The position numbers were made by a program, and so were the translations under genes. The notes beneath the pieces were generated by a model. It saw only the letters and a program-made list of their open reading frames with translations, had not been told where the DNA came from and searched no databases. DNA of 43,839 nt from the NCBI GenBank assembly GCA_041572575.1, contig JBFFSH010000016.1:1-43839 (forward strand), given 5' to 3'. Shown piece by piece: positions 10,047-19,331 of the stretch (the stretch's first letter is position 1; every line of letters begins with the position of its first letter). The stretch comes from Thermodesulfobacteriota bacterium. Its GTDB lineage: Bacteria > Desulfobacterota_D > UBA1144 > Nemesobacterales > N074bin48.

Positions 10047-10991
10047 TCAGAGTATAAAGTTTCTTAGCGTGACTATATTTGGTGTCTCTACAGATGTCTT
10101 GTTAATAAGAGTCTGGAATTCAACTGACAGCTCTCGCATCTCGTCCTGTGCAGCTCTGGCATGCAGTGAGAATGCTACTTCTGCAAACTTGCTTTCGAGA
10201 AGACCCTCAACTGCCTTCACATTCAGCATCTCGGGTAACCAGTAGAACAGGTTGAATTTAAAAGGGTAACGCTTTGTGTACCCAAGAGCTTTCAGGACCC
10301 TGCCACCTTCCTTGACAGCTTGTATCATCACCTTGATCGTTTTTTTATCTTTGGCAAGTGAATAGTTCTCACAATTGTGCTTATAGAGAGCATTACCCAA
10401 TGGACTTATCAATGCGACATGGCACTTCAACCACCCATCTATATCCCCGACCAGATCAACAGGAATTCCACTCATCTCAAAGAGAGACTTGATCTCAAGT
10501 GTTCTTCTTTTAGTTTTCCCGTCGATTTCCCCAATGGTGACTGGTCTTCTTTTATCCTTTGGCTTTTCTCGGTCGGCATAATGAACAACTTGCTCGCTTA
10601 TTCCACCACCCGCTCCAGGAAATCCTAATAGCAACTTCTCCTTAGGTAGGTACCGTAAGTAATCTACGAAGCCAAGCGAGTTGTTGCCCATAAACAGGAT
10701 ATTCTTGATGTTGGCATTTGTCCTAAGAACCTCAAACACAGGAAGAAGCTTATTTTTTCTTATTAATACGACCACCAGATCGTACTCATCGTCCTCCTTC
10801 AGTTCATTAACTACCCTAAGCTTCGAGGCCCCTCTATCCCCAGTGATTTCGTTTACCAACTCAATACCCTTGGTCTTAATGAACTCGTACCGTTTACCTC
10901 GAGCGAGAATAGTCACATCCTTTCCCGCTTGACAGATGAGATGGGCATAGAGGGAACCAATAGGACCTGCTCCGAAGATCAAAGTTTTCAT
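10047..10991 (-). CDS. Ketopantoate reductase family (ApbA/PanE-like) oxidoreductase
   Basis: IFGAGPIGS Rossmann motif, VTILARG, GFPGAGG. Confidence 0.82.
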   Translation of the reverse strand: MKTLIFGAGPIGSLYAHLICQAGKDVTILARGKRYEFIKTKGIELVNEITGDRGASKLRVVNELKEDDEYDLVVVLIRKNKLLPVFEVLRTNANIKNILFMGNNSLGFVDYLRYLPKEKLLLGFPGAGGGISEQVVHYADREKPKDKRRPVTIGEIDGKTKRRTLEIKSLFEMSGIPVDLVGDIDGWLKCHVALISPLGNALYKHNCENYSLAKDKKTIKVMIQAVKEGGRVLKALGYTKRYPFKFNLFYWLPEMLNVKAVEGLLESKFAEVAFSLHARAAQDEMRELSVEFQTLINKTSVETPNIVTLRNFIL

Positions 10992-11057
10992 AGGGTTGTC
11001 CCCTTATAGTTTAAATCTAACATTTATTTTTATGTTAATTTATTTATGGGATAAAAC

Positions 11058-11843
11058 TCATAAATGTATTTCAATCTCTCCAATCAAATAAAGAACCGCC
11101 TTTCCCGAAATACTGACACTGTATAATTTAAGTTCACAAAAAAGCTCCCCTCCTCTTTTAGATAACTGTTTTGCATGCAGTTTTTTCTTCTTTACTTTTT
11201 CTGACCAGTAAGGAGTTAGAGTACAATGTGCAGAGCCTGTGACGGGGTCTTCATCTATACCATATTTAGGAGCAAAGAAGCGGGAGACGAAATCACAGTC
11301 ATTTCCGGGTGTTGAAACAATTACTCCTCTTAGATCAATTTCCCTTAACAAATTTAAATCAGGGTTGATGTTTTCAATCTGCTCCTGATTCTCATAAATT
11401 AGCAGATAATCATCCGCTTCAAACACTTCCATTGGTTCTATATTAAAAGCAGAAACAACTTTTTCAGGTTTCTTAGAGATATTAGGGGGCAGTGAAGGAA
11501 AATTTAATGTTATTAAATCCGAATCTCTTGTGACATTCAGCTCACCACTGTTTGAATAGAACTTGATTTTCTCAACAGATTTATCAATTTCATTGAAAAT
11601 TACATATGCTGCGGCAAGAGTGGCATGGCCGCAAAGATCAACTTCTGTAGTTGGTGTAAACCATCTTATCCTGTAGCCATCATCCTCTCTTACAAAAAAG
11701 GCAGTCTCTGAAAGATTATTTTCAGCGGCTATGGACTGCATTAAAGAATCATCAATCCATTTATCTAAAGGACAGACCGCTGCCGGATTTCCACGAAATA
11801 ACTCAGAAGTAAAAGCATCTATCTGGTAAATAGCAATTTTCAT
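11058..11843 (-). CDS. PhzF family isomerase
   Basis: DAFT...GNPAAV, NLSETAF, EVDLCGHATLA and EDPVTGSAH motifs. Confidence 0.93.
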   Translation of the reverse strand: MKIAIYQIDAFTSELFRGNPAAVCPLDKWIDDSLMQSIAAENNLSETAFFVREDDGYRIRWFTPTTEVDLCGHATLAAAYVIFNEIDKSVEKIKFYSNSGELNVTRDSDLITLNFPSLPPNISKKPEKVVSAFNIEPMEVFEADDYLLIYENQEQIENINPDLNLLREIDLRGVIVSTPGNDCDFVSRFFAPKYGIDEDPVTGSAHCTLTPYWSEKVKKKKLHAKQLSKRGGELFCELKLYSVSISGKAVLYLIGEIEIHL

Positions 11844-11908
11844 ACAAGACCTATTATAACCTGCTAAAGAATATATAGCAGGTTATTTTCAGATCATGTA
11901 TTTATTGT

Positions 11909-12352
11909 TTAAACCTGTGAAGTGCAGTTTGGGCACTTTGTAGCTTTAATGGAAATCGTGCTTATGCAGTGGGGGCATTCCTTTGTGGTTGGTTCTTCTG
12001 GAGCTTCCTCTTCTTCCTGCATCTTGTTCATACCCTTCACTACCATAAAAATAGCAAAGGCTACAATAATAAAACTAACTATCGTGTTTATAAAAGCACC
12101 GTAATTTAAAGTAACGGCACCCGCTTCTTTAGCTGCGGCAAGAGATATATATGGACCTGCCGTGGTACCCTCTTTTAATACAGCATGCAAATTAGAAAAG
12201 TCTACATTGCCAAGCAGCATACCTACAGGCGGCATAATTACATCATTCACTAATGAATTGACTATAAGAGCAAATGCCCCTCCAATCACAATACCAACAG
12301 CCATATCGACTACATTGCCGCGCATGGCAAACTTTTTGAATTCATCAAGCAT
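11909..12352 (-). CDS. mscL: Large-conductance mechanosensitive channel with C-terminal CxxC-CxxC zinc ribbon
   Basis: [32 protein letters not shown]; tail CPHC...CPNC; GGAGG SD. Confidence 0.96.
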   Translation of the reverse strand: MLDEFKKFAMRGNVVDMAVGIVIGGAFALIVNSLVNDVIMPPVGMLLGNVDFSNLHAVLKEGTTAGPYISLAAAKEAGAVTLNYGAFINTIVSFIIVAFAIFMVVKGMNKMQEEEEAPEEPTTKECPHCISTISIKATKCPNCTSQV

Positions 12353-12378
12353 AAATCATCATCCTCCTATATTAATTT

Positions 12379-12687
12379 CTAAGATAGTCTTTTCGGATTT
12401 AAAAAATTATTAATAAGCACCAAAAGATAATTAATAACAACCGCCCAAAGAATACTGTTAAAAATATAAGGTATATACTTCATATAACCTTCGAATCTGA
12501 TGCCTGTGATATTTAGAAAAGTGCTGGTTGGGATAAAAAGATAGTCTCTAAAAAACCGCAGACATGAGTCAATAAAGCCCCCATCAGAGATTATGAGTTC
12601 TGAAGAAGTAAGGGGTGATGTTGATAATATCAACACTGAAAGTGCATAATGAATAAAAAAAACAATTACTACATTATCCAGTCTCAT
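12379..12687 (-). CDS. Small membrane protein (NSILW motif)
   Basis: 102 aa with 2-3 hydrophobic segments, filling the gap between nrdJ and mscL. Confidence 0.6.
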   Translation of the reverse strand: MRLDNVVIVFFIHYALSVLILSTSPLTSSELIISDGGFIDSCLRFFRDYLFIPTSTFLNITGIRFEGYMKYIPYIFNSILWAVVINYLLVLINNFLNPKRLS

Positions 12688-12710
12688 CTATTGAGCCTAA
12701 GCATAATGCT

Positions 12711-15164
12711 CTAGTCACACTTAGAGTAACCACAGCTTCTGCAAGTTACACAACCTGATTCAAAAGCTAGCGACCTGCTGCTGCAATCCGGGCAAACTTC
12801 AAGATCTATATCAGATGTTTTCTTTGATACTTTCTTTTCGTCCATAAAATGCTTTCTTAAGATAGTAGCAATTGCATCAGGAATGGACATGACGAGCTTC
12901 CCTTCGGAATACACCTGGGAAGCTCCGCCAATACCTTCGAGTTGTTCCACCACATCTTTTACGTTCACGCCGGATCTCAGCGATAGCGACACTAGCCTTC
13001 CGATTGCCTCTGCGTCTGCCATTGTTGAATAGCCTGACTTTCCTATTTGGATAAACACTTCAAAAGGATTACCCTCATAGGTATTTATGGTTACGTACAA
13101 ACTGCCGTAACCAGTTTTGATCACTTCTGTAAAACCCTCAAGAGTCTGAGGACGTTTTACAGGCTTGATTTCATTTTCGGGATGAAGGGGGGTAGAGATG
13201 GGGTGTTGTGGGGTTTTTTGCCCTTCATCCCGGGGTTGGAAATGTTCTGCTTCTTCTTTTGCCTGTTGCTGCTTAACACCTTCTTCGTTGGTGACTAAAA
13301 TACCTTCTCTGGAGCCTTCTCTGTATACTGTGATACCCTTACATCCGAGCTTCCAGGCTAAGAAGTAAATCTGTTCAACTTCTTTAAGCGATATATCCGT
13401 TGGCAGATTGACCGTACTTGAAATACATGAATCTATATGCTTTTGAATTGCCGCTTGGGTTCTTACTCTCATTTCTGGTTTTATTTCATGCGATGTAACA
13501 AATACATCCGGTACTTCCGATTCATCCTCTAATCCGAACTTTTCAAGATATTCACCAACCAGAGGATGATATACTTTAAATTCTTCTTTTGATAATGATT
13601 TTGATCTTCTATAGTAAGAAAGTGCAAATATTGGTTCAACACCGCTTGATGTTCCGGCAAGTACTGAACCGCTTCCTACCGGGGGAACTGTTAAAATACA
13701 TGCGTTCCTTACTCCCTGTTTTTTAATTTTTTGATATACATTTTTATCTATAGCTTTTAAAAACGGCTGATTTAAATGAATTTCCTCATCATAAGCAGGG
13801 AAACTTCCTTTTTGAGCAGCAAGATCAGAGCTTGCTTCATACACTGTATTTTTAATGTGCTCAAACATTTTATCAGCAAATTCAACAGCTTCGTCCGTAT
13901 CGTATTTTATGTTTAGCTTTGCAAGCATATCGCCATAGCCTGTAAAACCCACACCGATTCTTCTGGACAGTGTAGAGGCATTTGTCTGATATTTAAGCGG
14001 ATGCTTTTGCATATTGTAGTCAAGGATATTATCTAAAAATCTAACTGAATACTTGCAGGTCTCTTCGAGGTTTTCCCAATCAATTGAAGCATCTTCAGTA
14101 AATGAGTTTTTAACAAATAATGAAAGGTTAATATTTCCAAGGCAGCAATTGCCGTAATCTTCCAGGGCCTGCTCACTACAGGGGTTTACACCGTTTACCT
14201 CCATTCCATTGTATTCGGTTGGAGAATATCTTTTCACAGCATCCCAGAATATCACGCCTGGCTCTGCCGATGCCCATGCAGATTTGATCAGTTTGTTCCA
14301 AATCTTTCTGGCATGTACTTTTTTAGTAACTTTTACTTTTTCGCTTTCAAATGAGAGCTCAAATTCAGTGTCATTTTCAACGGCCCTCATAAAATCATCT
14401 GTGATTTTTATTGAAATATTGGCAAAATTTACTTTTGCCCTGTCTGCGTCATTTTTTATGTCTATAAATTCTTCAATGTCCGGGTGATTGACGCCCAGTG
14501 TGATCATAAGAGCGCCGCGTCTGCCTGCCTGACCTATTGTGCCCGTAGTAGTCGAGAGCAGTTCCATAAATGATACGGCACCTGTGGAATAAATAGCGGA
14601 ATTGTTAACCGGAGCGCCTTTTGGTCTTAGGATTGAAATGTCTGTTCCCACTCCACCACCAAATGAATACGTCCTGGCTGCTTCTTTGCACCATTCAAAT
14701 ATGCCTTCTATAGAATCCTCTTTAATCGGCATATAGTAGCAGTTTAGAAGAGTGGCTCTTCTTTTCTGTCCTGCACCAAAAAGAATCCTTCCACCAGGGA
14801 TGAACCTGAAATCTGTTAGAAGCCAGAAAAAGTTTTCTTCCCACTCTTTTTTAAGATCAGTTGTTTTTTCGGGAGATGCTATCTCTTTTGCAACCCTTCT
14901 CCACATATCGGCAGGGGATTTTTCTACCATTTTGCCGGATTTGTCTCTCAGGGCGTATTTTTCAAAAAATACTCTTGCTCTAAGCTCATCACCACCGAAG
15001 GCTTCGATGGTTTCTTCGGGAATATCTACTAAACCTTCTGTATATCCACCGTCATTTTTAGCTTCAGTACTGGCTTCGATGTCAGCTGAAATACTTTTTT
15101 GTTTTTCTACGGCGGCTGTTCCGTTTCCGTTTGAATGTGATTCGTCTATCTTTTCTGAAGCCAT
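12711..15164 (-). CDS. nrdJ: Adenosylcobalamin-dependent (class II) ribonucleotide reductase with C-terminal TSCPD/zinc-ribbon domain
   Basis: FIPGGRIL, LLNCY, GGGVG, NPCSEQ, TVPPVGS, KGITVYREGSR; KRPQTLEG...TGYG domain; CPDC...CRSCGYSKC tail. Confidence 0.93.
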   Translation of the reverse strand: MASEKIDESHSNGNGTAAVEKQKSISADIEASTEAKNDGGYTEGLVDIPEETIEAFGGDELRARVFFEKYALRDKSGKMVEKSPADMWRRVAKEIASPEKTTDLKKEWEENFFWLLTDFRFIPGGRILFGAGQKRRATLLNCYYMPIKEDSIEGIFEWCKEAARTYSFGGGVGTDISILRPKGAPVNNSAIYSTGAVSFMELLSTTTGTIGQAGRRGALMITLGVNHPDIEEFIDIKNDADRAKVNFANISIKITDDFMRAVENDTEFELSFESEKVKVTKKVHARKIWNKLIKSAWASAEPGVIFWDAVKRYSPTEYNGMEVNGVNPCSEQALEDYGNCCLGNINLSLFVKNSFTEDASIDWENLEETCKYSVRFLDNILDYNMQKHPLKYQTNASTLSRRIGVGFTGYGDMLAKLNIKYDTDEAVEFADKMFEHIKNTVYEASSDLAAQKGSFPAYDEEIHLNQPFLKAIDKNVYQKIKKQGVRNACILTVPPVGSGSVLAGTSSGVEPIFALSYYRRSKSLSKEEFKVYHPLVGEYLEKFGLEDESEVPDVFVTSHEIKPEMRVRTQAAIQKHIDSCISSTVNLPTDISLKEVEQIYFLAWKLGCKGITVYREGSREGILVTNEEGVKQQQAKEEAEHFQPRDEGQKTPQHPISTPLHPENEIKPVKRPQTLEGFTEVIKTGYGSLYVTINTYEGNPFEVFIQIGKSGYSTMADAEAIGRLVSLSLRSGVNVKDVVEQLEGIGGASQVYSEGKLVMSIPDAIATILRKHFMDEKKVSKKTSDIDLEVCPDCSSRSLAFESGCVTCRSCGYSKCD

Positions 15165-15204
15165 TAAATCCCCCTTTTAATTAGCTCATGCTTAATAAAT
15201 TATT

Positions 15205-15252
15205 TTATGCTATGTTGTACTCTGAATACGATTCAAACACAATATGTTGTGG
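15205..15252. promoter_or_regulatory. Tandem NrdR-box candidates upstream of nrdJ
   Basis: ACACAATATGTTGTGG (15237-15252) matches acaCwAtATaTwGtgt. A degenerate copy TTATGCTATGTTGTAC (15205-15220) is offset by 32 bp. Confidence 0.75.
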
Positions 15253-15546
15253 TTGTCAAGAACTTTTTTTACGATAAAAATAAAATGCAATAAGTACAAT
15301 ATGTTACGATTATAAATTTTTTATTAAAAATCTTGATAATTTACATGACATAAAAAACATAGGCATTTTTGCAAGTTAGCCCCCAATCTTCATATTATAT
15401 GTGAACTATTCAAACTATACCTTAACACAATTCAGCATTTAGTCTAAAACAAGACTATAGTCTTATTTATTTTCATTAATATTGGTATTATAATTAATAC
15501 TAAATTGATTATATAGTTAATACTATAGTTGATTTATGGGAGAAAA

Positions 15547-16035
15547 ATGATGAGAATAATAACTATTTCTTTAAAATTATCAATTTTCTTTTTACTAGCC
15601 AACCTTTACCTAACTTACACTGCGGTTTCCGTTGAACAAATAAATCATACGGTCGGTTTCGGCACTCTTAAATGGGGTACAGAATTAGATTCTTTAGACA
15701 ATTTGAAATTTGTAAAAAGTGGTAAAACCAGCCAGGGCGAGATCAAGATCTACAAAAATACAAATGATAATTTAGATTACAATGGGGTAGAACTTAAAGA
15801 CATTGAATATGGTTTTAATAATGACAAACTATACTTTGTTGCTTTTAAAACCAATGGCCCTGAAAACTGGAAAGAACTTAAGGAACACGCACTCCAAAAA
15901 TTTGGCAATGAATTTAATAAAATTGAAGATTTTGGTTATCAAAACTATGTATGGCAGAGACAAGAGTCCTCTGTATCATTAGAATATAAACCAAAACAAA
16001 ATTCATCGGTAGTTCTTCTTATTGTCTCAAACTAA
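15547..16035 (+). CDS. Hypothetical exported protein
   Basis: GGGAGA SD then ATG at 15547/15550; N-terminal hydrophobic segment; GFGTLKWG motif. Confidence 0.7.
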   Translation: MMRIITISLKLSIFFLLANLYLTYTAVSVEQINHTVGFGTLKWGTELDSLDNLKFVKSGKTSQGEIKIYKNTNDNLDYNGVELKDIEYGFNNDKLYFVAFKTNGPENWKELKEHALQKFGNEFNKIEDFGYQNYVWQRQESSVSLEYKPKQNSSVVLLIVSN

Positions 16036-16131
16036 ACCGGTTACACTTCTATTAATGCCTAATATTTGACTTCTCTTTAATTAAATATTGTAATATAGCT
16101 ATATTTTCAATATTTAAGGAGGAGTTTAGTT

Positions 16132-16575
16132 ATGAAATACCTTTTATTACTGATAATAAGCTTTTCACTTTTTGCAATACCTCAAAAATCCAATGCCGAA
16201 GATGTACCTGAAAGATACAAAGTAGTAATTGAAGAAAGCTACTATGTGATCGCCCATGAAAACAAAGAAGAGTTTATGAAGATTTATAAAGAAAGAATTT
16301 TTCCGTTTTGGAGAGAGATGAAAAAAATGGGGCTTATTGAAGATGATATTAGAATGTACTCGCAGAGAATCCACCCCAAAAAACCGCACTGGACTCATAA
16401 AACAGTAGTCCGGTTTAAAAACTACCATGCAATCGACAAGTGGCTTGCAAGCAGAGAAGAGGTTGTAGACAAGCTTTTTCCTGATGAAGGAAGCTATAAG
16501 GAAATGAGGGGTAAGATAGCCGCAATTACAGAAGCCCACTGGGATGATCTTGTAAGGGAACTGCCGTTGGAATAA
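16132..16575 (+). CDS. Hypothetical exported protein, possible dimeric alpha-beta barrel fold
   Basis: AAGGAGGAG SD, signal peptide; ends HWDDLVRE. Confidence 0.75.
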   Translation: MKYLLLLIISFSLFAIPQKSNAEDVPERYKVVIEESYYVIAHENKEEFMKIYKERIFPFWREMKKMGLIEDDIRMYSQRIHPKKPHWTHKTVVRFKNYHAIDKWLASREEVVDKLFPDEGSYKEMRGKIAAITEAHWDDLVRELPLE

Positions 16576-16644
16576 GGCTAAATACTTTAGAGTCCTTTTA
16601 TATCAAATCCAGATATTTTATTAGTATTTATTATTTAAATTTTA

Positions 16645-17175
16645 ATGTTTAATGTTGATGATTTTGTTAATTGGGCCTATGGCAATCTTCTGAATAACAC
16701 AACTAGAGCAGTTGTAGGAGAATATTTAGTTCACAAAGCACTGGATTCCTCTACAAAACAGAGAATTGATTGGGATGCATATGATATTTTATATAAAGAT
16801 TATAAAATTGAAGTAAAAACTTCAGGTTATTTACAAACATGGAATCAACAAGGCAATTATAGTAAAATTAAGTTTGATATAAGCAAAAAAGATCCCTGAC
16901 TTCCAGAACATAATAAATACTTAGGTAAAGCATGCAGATATTCTGATATATGGATATTTTGTGTACACACCGAAAAAAATATTAATAAGGCACATTCTCT
17001 TGATGAAACCCAATGGGAGTTTTATTGTTCTACAACAAAATGGATTGATGAAGTATTCGGTGAACAAAAAAGTGTTGCATTAGCAAGTTTGTTGAAAAAA
17101 GGATTACAACCAGTACTTTTCAACGAACTAAAATACTATATAGGTTATTTAATAAAACATGAACTAAAAAATTGA
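16645..17175 (+). pseudogene. PD-(D/E)XK nuclease-like protein with in-frame TGA at 16897-16899 (176 aa if read through)
   Basis: GEYLV...WDAYDI...IEVKTSGYLQTW. After KKDP-TGA, 91 more sense codons follow (RYSDIWIFCV...QWEFY...QKSVAL). Confidence 0.7.
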
Positions 17176-17283
17176 GCTTATAATTTTTGCCACATATATC
17201 ATTAAATAGACTCTATAAGTTAAATCACCACTATTGAAACTGCAACTTGTTAATAAACCCCCTTGGTGGTAGTTTTAGGGTTT

Positions 17284-18570
17284 ATGGCACGAGAGCAGAT
17301 AAAAGGTGGGCCTACTTCAATAAAAGGCGAGATTACGCTTCCCGGCGATAAGTCCATCTCTCACAGGGCAGTGATATTCGGCTCTCTTGCAGATGGAGTT
17401 ACAAATGTTGAAGGATTCTTAAAATCAGAAGACACTTTCTCTACCATTAAAGCATTTGAAGCAATGGGAGTAGATATATCCTGGCAGGGTGAGATATTAA
17501 GGATTAATGGTGCTGGGCTGCATGGCCTAAAAGAGCCAGAAGATATGATAAATGCTGGTAACTCAGGTACTACATCAAGACTTCTTATAGGGCTATTAAG
17601 CGGACAGAATTTTTCCTCTTCTATCACAGGCGACAAATATCTTAAAAAACGCCCAATGGGCAGGGTAATTAACCCACTTAGAGAAATGGGCGCAAATATT
17701 GACGCAACAGATGATTCAAAACTCCCGCTTACAATACATGGAACAAATCTGAATGGAATCAGCTACAAAATGCCCGTAGCAAGCGCACAGGTAAAATCGG
17801 CCATACTACTAGCTGGACTCTATGCTGAAGGCCAAACCAAGGTCATTGAGCTTTCTCCAACAAGAGATCATACAGAGAAAATGATGCAGTATTTGGGTGT
17901 AGATATTTCCACAGATTCTAACTCAATCAGGATTTCCAAATCATGCGGATTCAAGGCAAGGGATATTACTGTACCTTCCGATTTTTCAACCGCAGCTTTT
18001 TTCATCGTTGCAGCTCTAATAAACCCTGGCTCTGAGATACTGATTAAAAACGTTGGTGTAAACCCATACAGAATAGGTGCTCTGGAAATTCTTCTATCAA
18101 TGGGAGCAGACATTGAACTCACAAACGAAAGAGAGTTAAACGGAGAGCAGGTTGCTGACATTGTAGCCAGATCAAGCTTTCTTAAAGGAATAGATATAGG
18201 CGGCGACATGATTCCAAAGGCAATTGATGAGCTGCCTATAATTGCTGTGGCCGCTTGTTTTGCTGAAGGTAGGACAACTATATCAGATGCGGAGGAGCTT
18301 AGAGTCAAAGAAACTGACCGAATTACAACTACGGTATCCGAACTTAAGAAGCTTGGTGCAAAGATAGAAGAAACTGAAGACGGCATGATTATAGAAGGTA
18401 CTGATGGGTTAGTAGGTGCTAATTGCAGTAGTTGTGGCGATCACAGAATCGCGATGTCTGTAGCAATTGCAGCTACTAGGGCAAAAGGTCAGACTATAAT
18501 CGAGGACTCAGGTGCAGCAGCAGTGTCATTTCCGGAATTTTTTGAAATATTAAATAATATCAAGGCATAA
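17284..18570 (+). CDS. aroA: 3-phosphoshikimate 1-carboxyvinyltransferase
   Basis: LPGDKSISHRA, NAGNSGTT, ASAQVKSA, ELRVKETDR, DHRIAM. ATG 17284 preferred to the upstream TTG. Confidence 0.97.
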   Translation: MAREQIKGGPTSIKGEITLPGDKSISHRAVIFGSLADGVTNVEGFLKSEDTFSTIKAFEAMGVDISWQGEILRINGAGLHGLKEPEDMINAGNSGTTSRLLIGLLSGQNFSSSITGDKYLKKRPMGRVINPLREMGANIDATDDSKLPLTIHGTNLNGISYKMPVASAQVKSAILLAGLYAEGQTKVIELSPTRDHTEKMMQYLGVDISTDSNSIRISKSCGFKARDITVPSDFSTAAFFIVAALINPGSEILIKNVGVNPYRIGALEILLSMGADIELTNERELNGEQVADIVARSSFLKGIDIGGDMIPKAIDELPIIAVAACFAEGRTTISDAEELRVKETDRITTTVSELKKLGAKIEETEDGMIIEGTDGLVGANCSSCGDHRIAMSVAIAATRAKGQTIIEDSGAAAVSFPEFFEILNNIKA

Positions 18571-18571
18571 A

Positions 18572-19243
18572 ATGGAAAAAAGAGTTGTCATCGCAATAGA
18601 CGGCCCTTCATCGGCAGGTAAGGGAACCGTAGCAAAAATAGTGGCCGATAAACTGGGATTTGCATACATGGACACAGGTGCAATGTATAGGGCTGTTGCT
18701 CTTACGCTCAGAATTAATAAGACAGACATTGAAGATGAAAATGAAATATCAGATGTTTTAAATAATACACATATTTACCTATATAATGATAATAACGGCA
18801 ATCTAGTTGTAGAATTAAATGGTAAAAATGTAAGTAATGAAATAAGAACCCCTGAAATTTCGAGATTTTCATCTGATATAGCAACAAAGAAATCAGTTAG
18901 AGACTTTTTATTGCAACTACAAAGAAATTTCGGTAATAACAAAAGTATTGTAGCCGAGGGAAGGGATATGGGCACTCATGTATTCCCGGATGCCGAATTT
19001 AAATTTTATATAGATGCTTCTGTACAGGAGCGAACAAAAAGAAGATTCGCTCAACTAAAGGAGGCTGGAATCACTGTGGATATTGAAAAATTAAAAAAAG
19101 ATATAGAAAACAGAGATTATCAGGATAAAAATAGACAAATCGCTCCCTTGCATCCCGCTACTAATGCAGTAATAATAGATACTACAAATTTACAAATTGA
19201 TCAGGTAGTAGATATAATATTAAAAAAGACTACAGGGGTTTAG
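18572..19243 (+). CDS. cmk: Cytidylate kinase
   Basis: IAIDGPSSAGKGT, DTGAMYR, EGRDMGTHVFPDA. Confidence 0.97.
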   Translation: MEKRVVIAIDGPSSAGKGTVAKIVADKLGFAYMDTGAMYRAVALTLRINKTDIEDENEISDVLNNTHIYLYNDNNGNLVVELNGKNVSNEIRTPEISRFSSDIATKKSVRDFLLQLQRNFGNNKSIVAEGRDMGTHVFPDAEFKFYIDASVQERTKRRFAQLKEAGITVDIEKLKKDIENRDYQDKNRQIAPLHPATNAVIIDTTNLQIDQVVDIILKKTTGV

Positions 19244-19331
19244 AAACACAAGGATTGAAATAGTAATTTTTTAGATATATATGGAATTTCTCCCCGATCA
19301 AAATAAACAATCAGGCGGGATTTTATAAATT

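Noticed and set aside
11909..11990. Zinc-ribbon tail on MscL as a novelty
   Set aside because: This is a variant I recognise as common in many bacterial MscL proteins.
12711..15164. Intein or intron in nrdJ
   Set aside because: Length and motif spacing are ordinary; no splice-junction or homing endonuclease motifs.
15165..15546. Cobalamin riboswitch or ncRNA upstream of nrdJ
   Set aside because: The region is very AT-rich without B12-box or GGGAA elements; NrdR-like boxes explain it.
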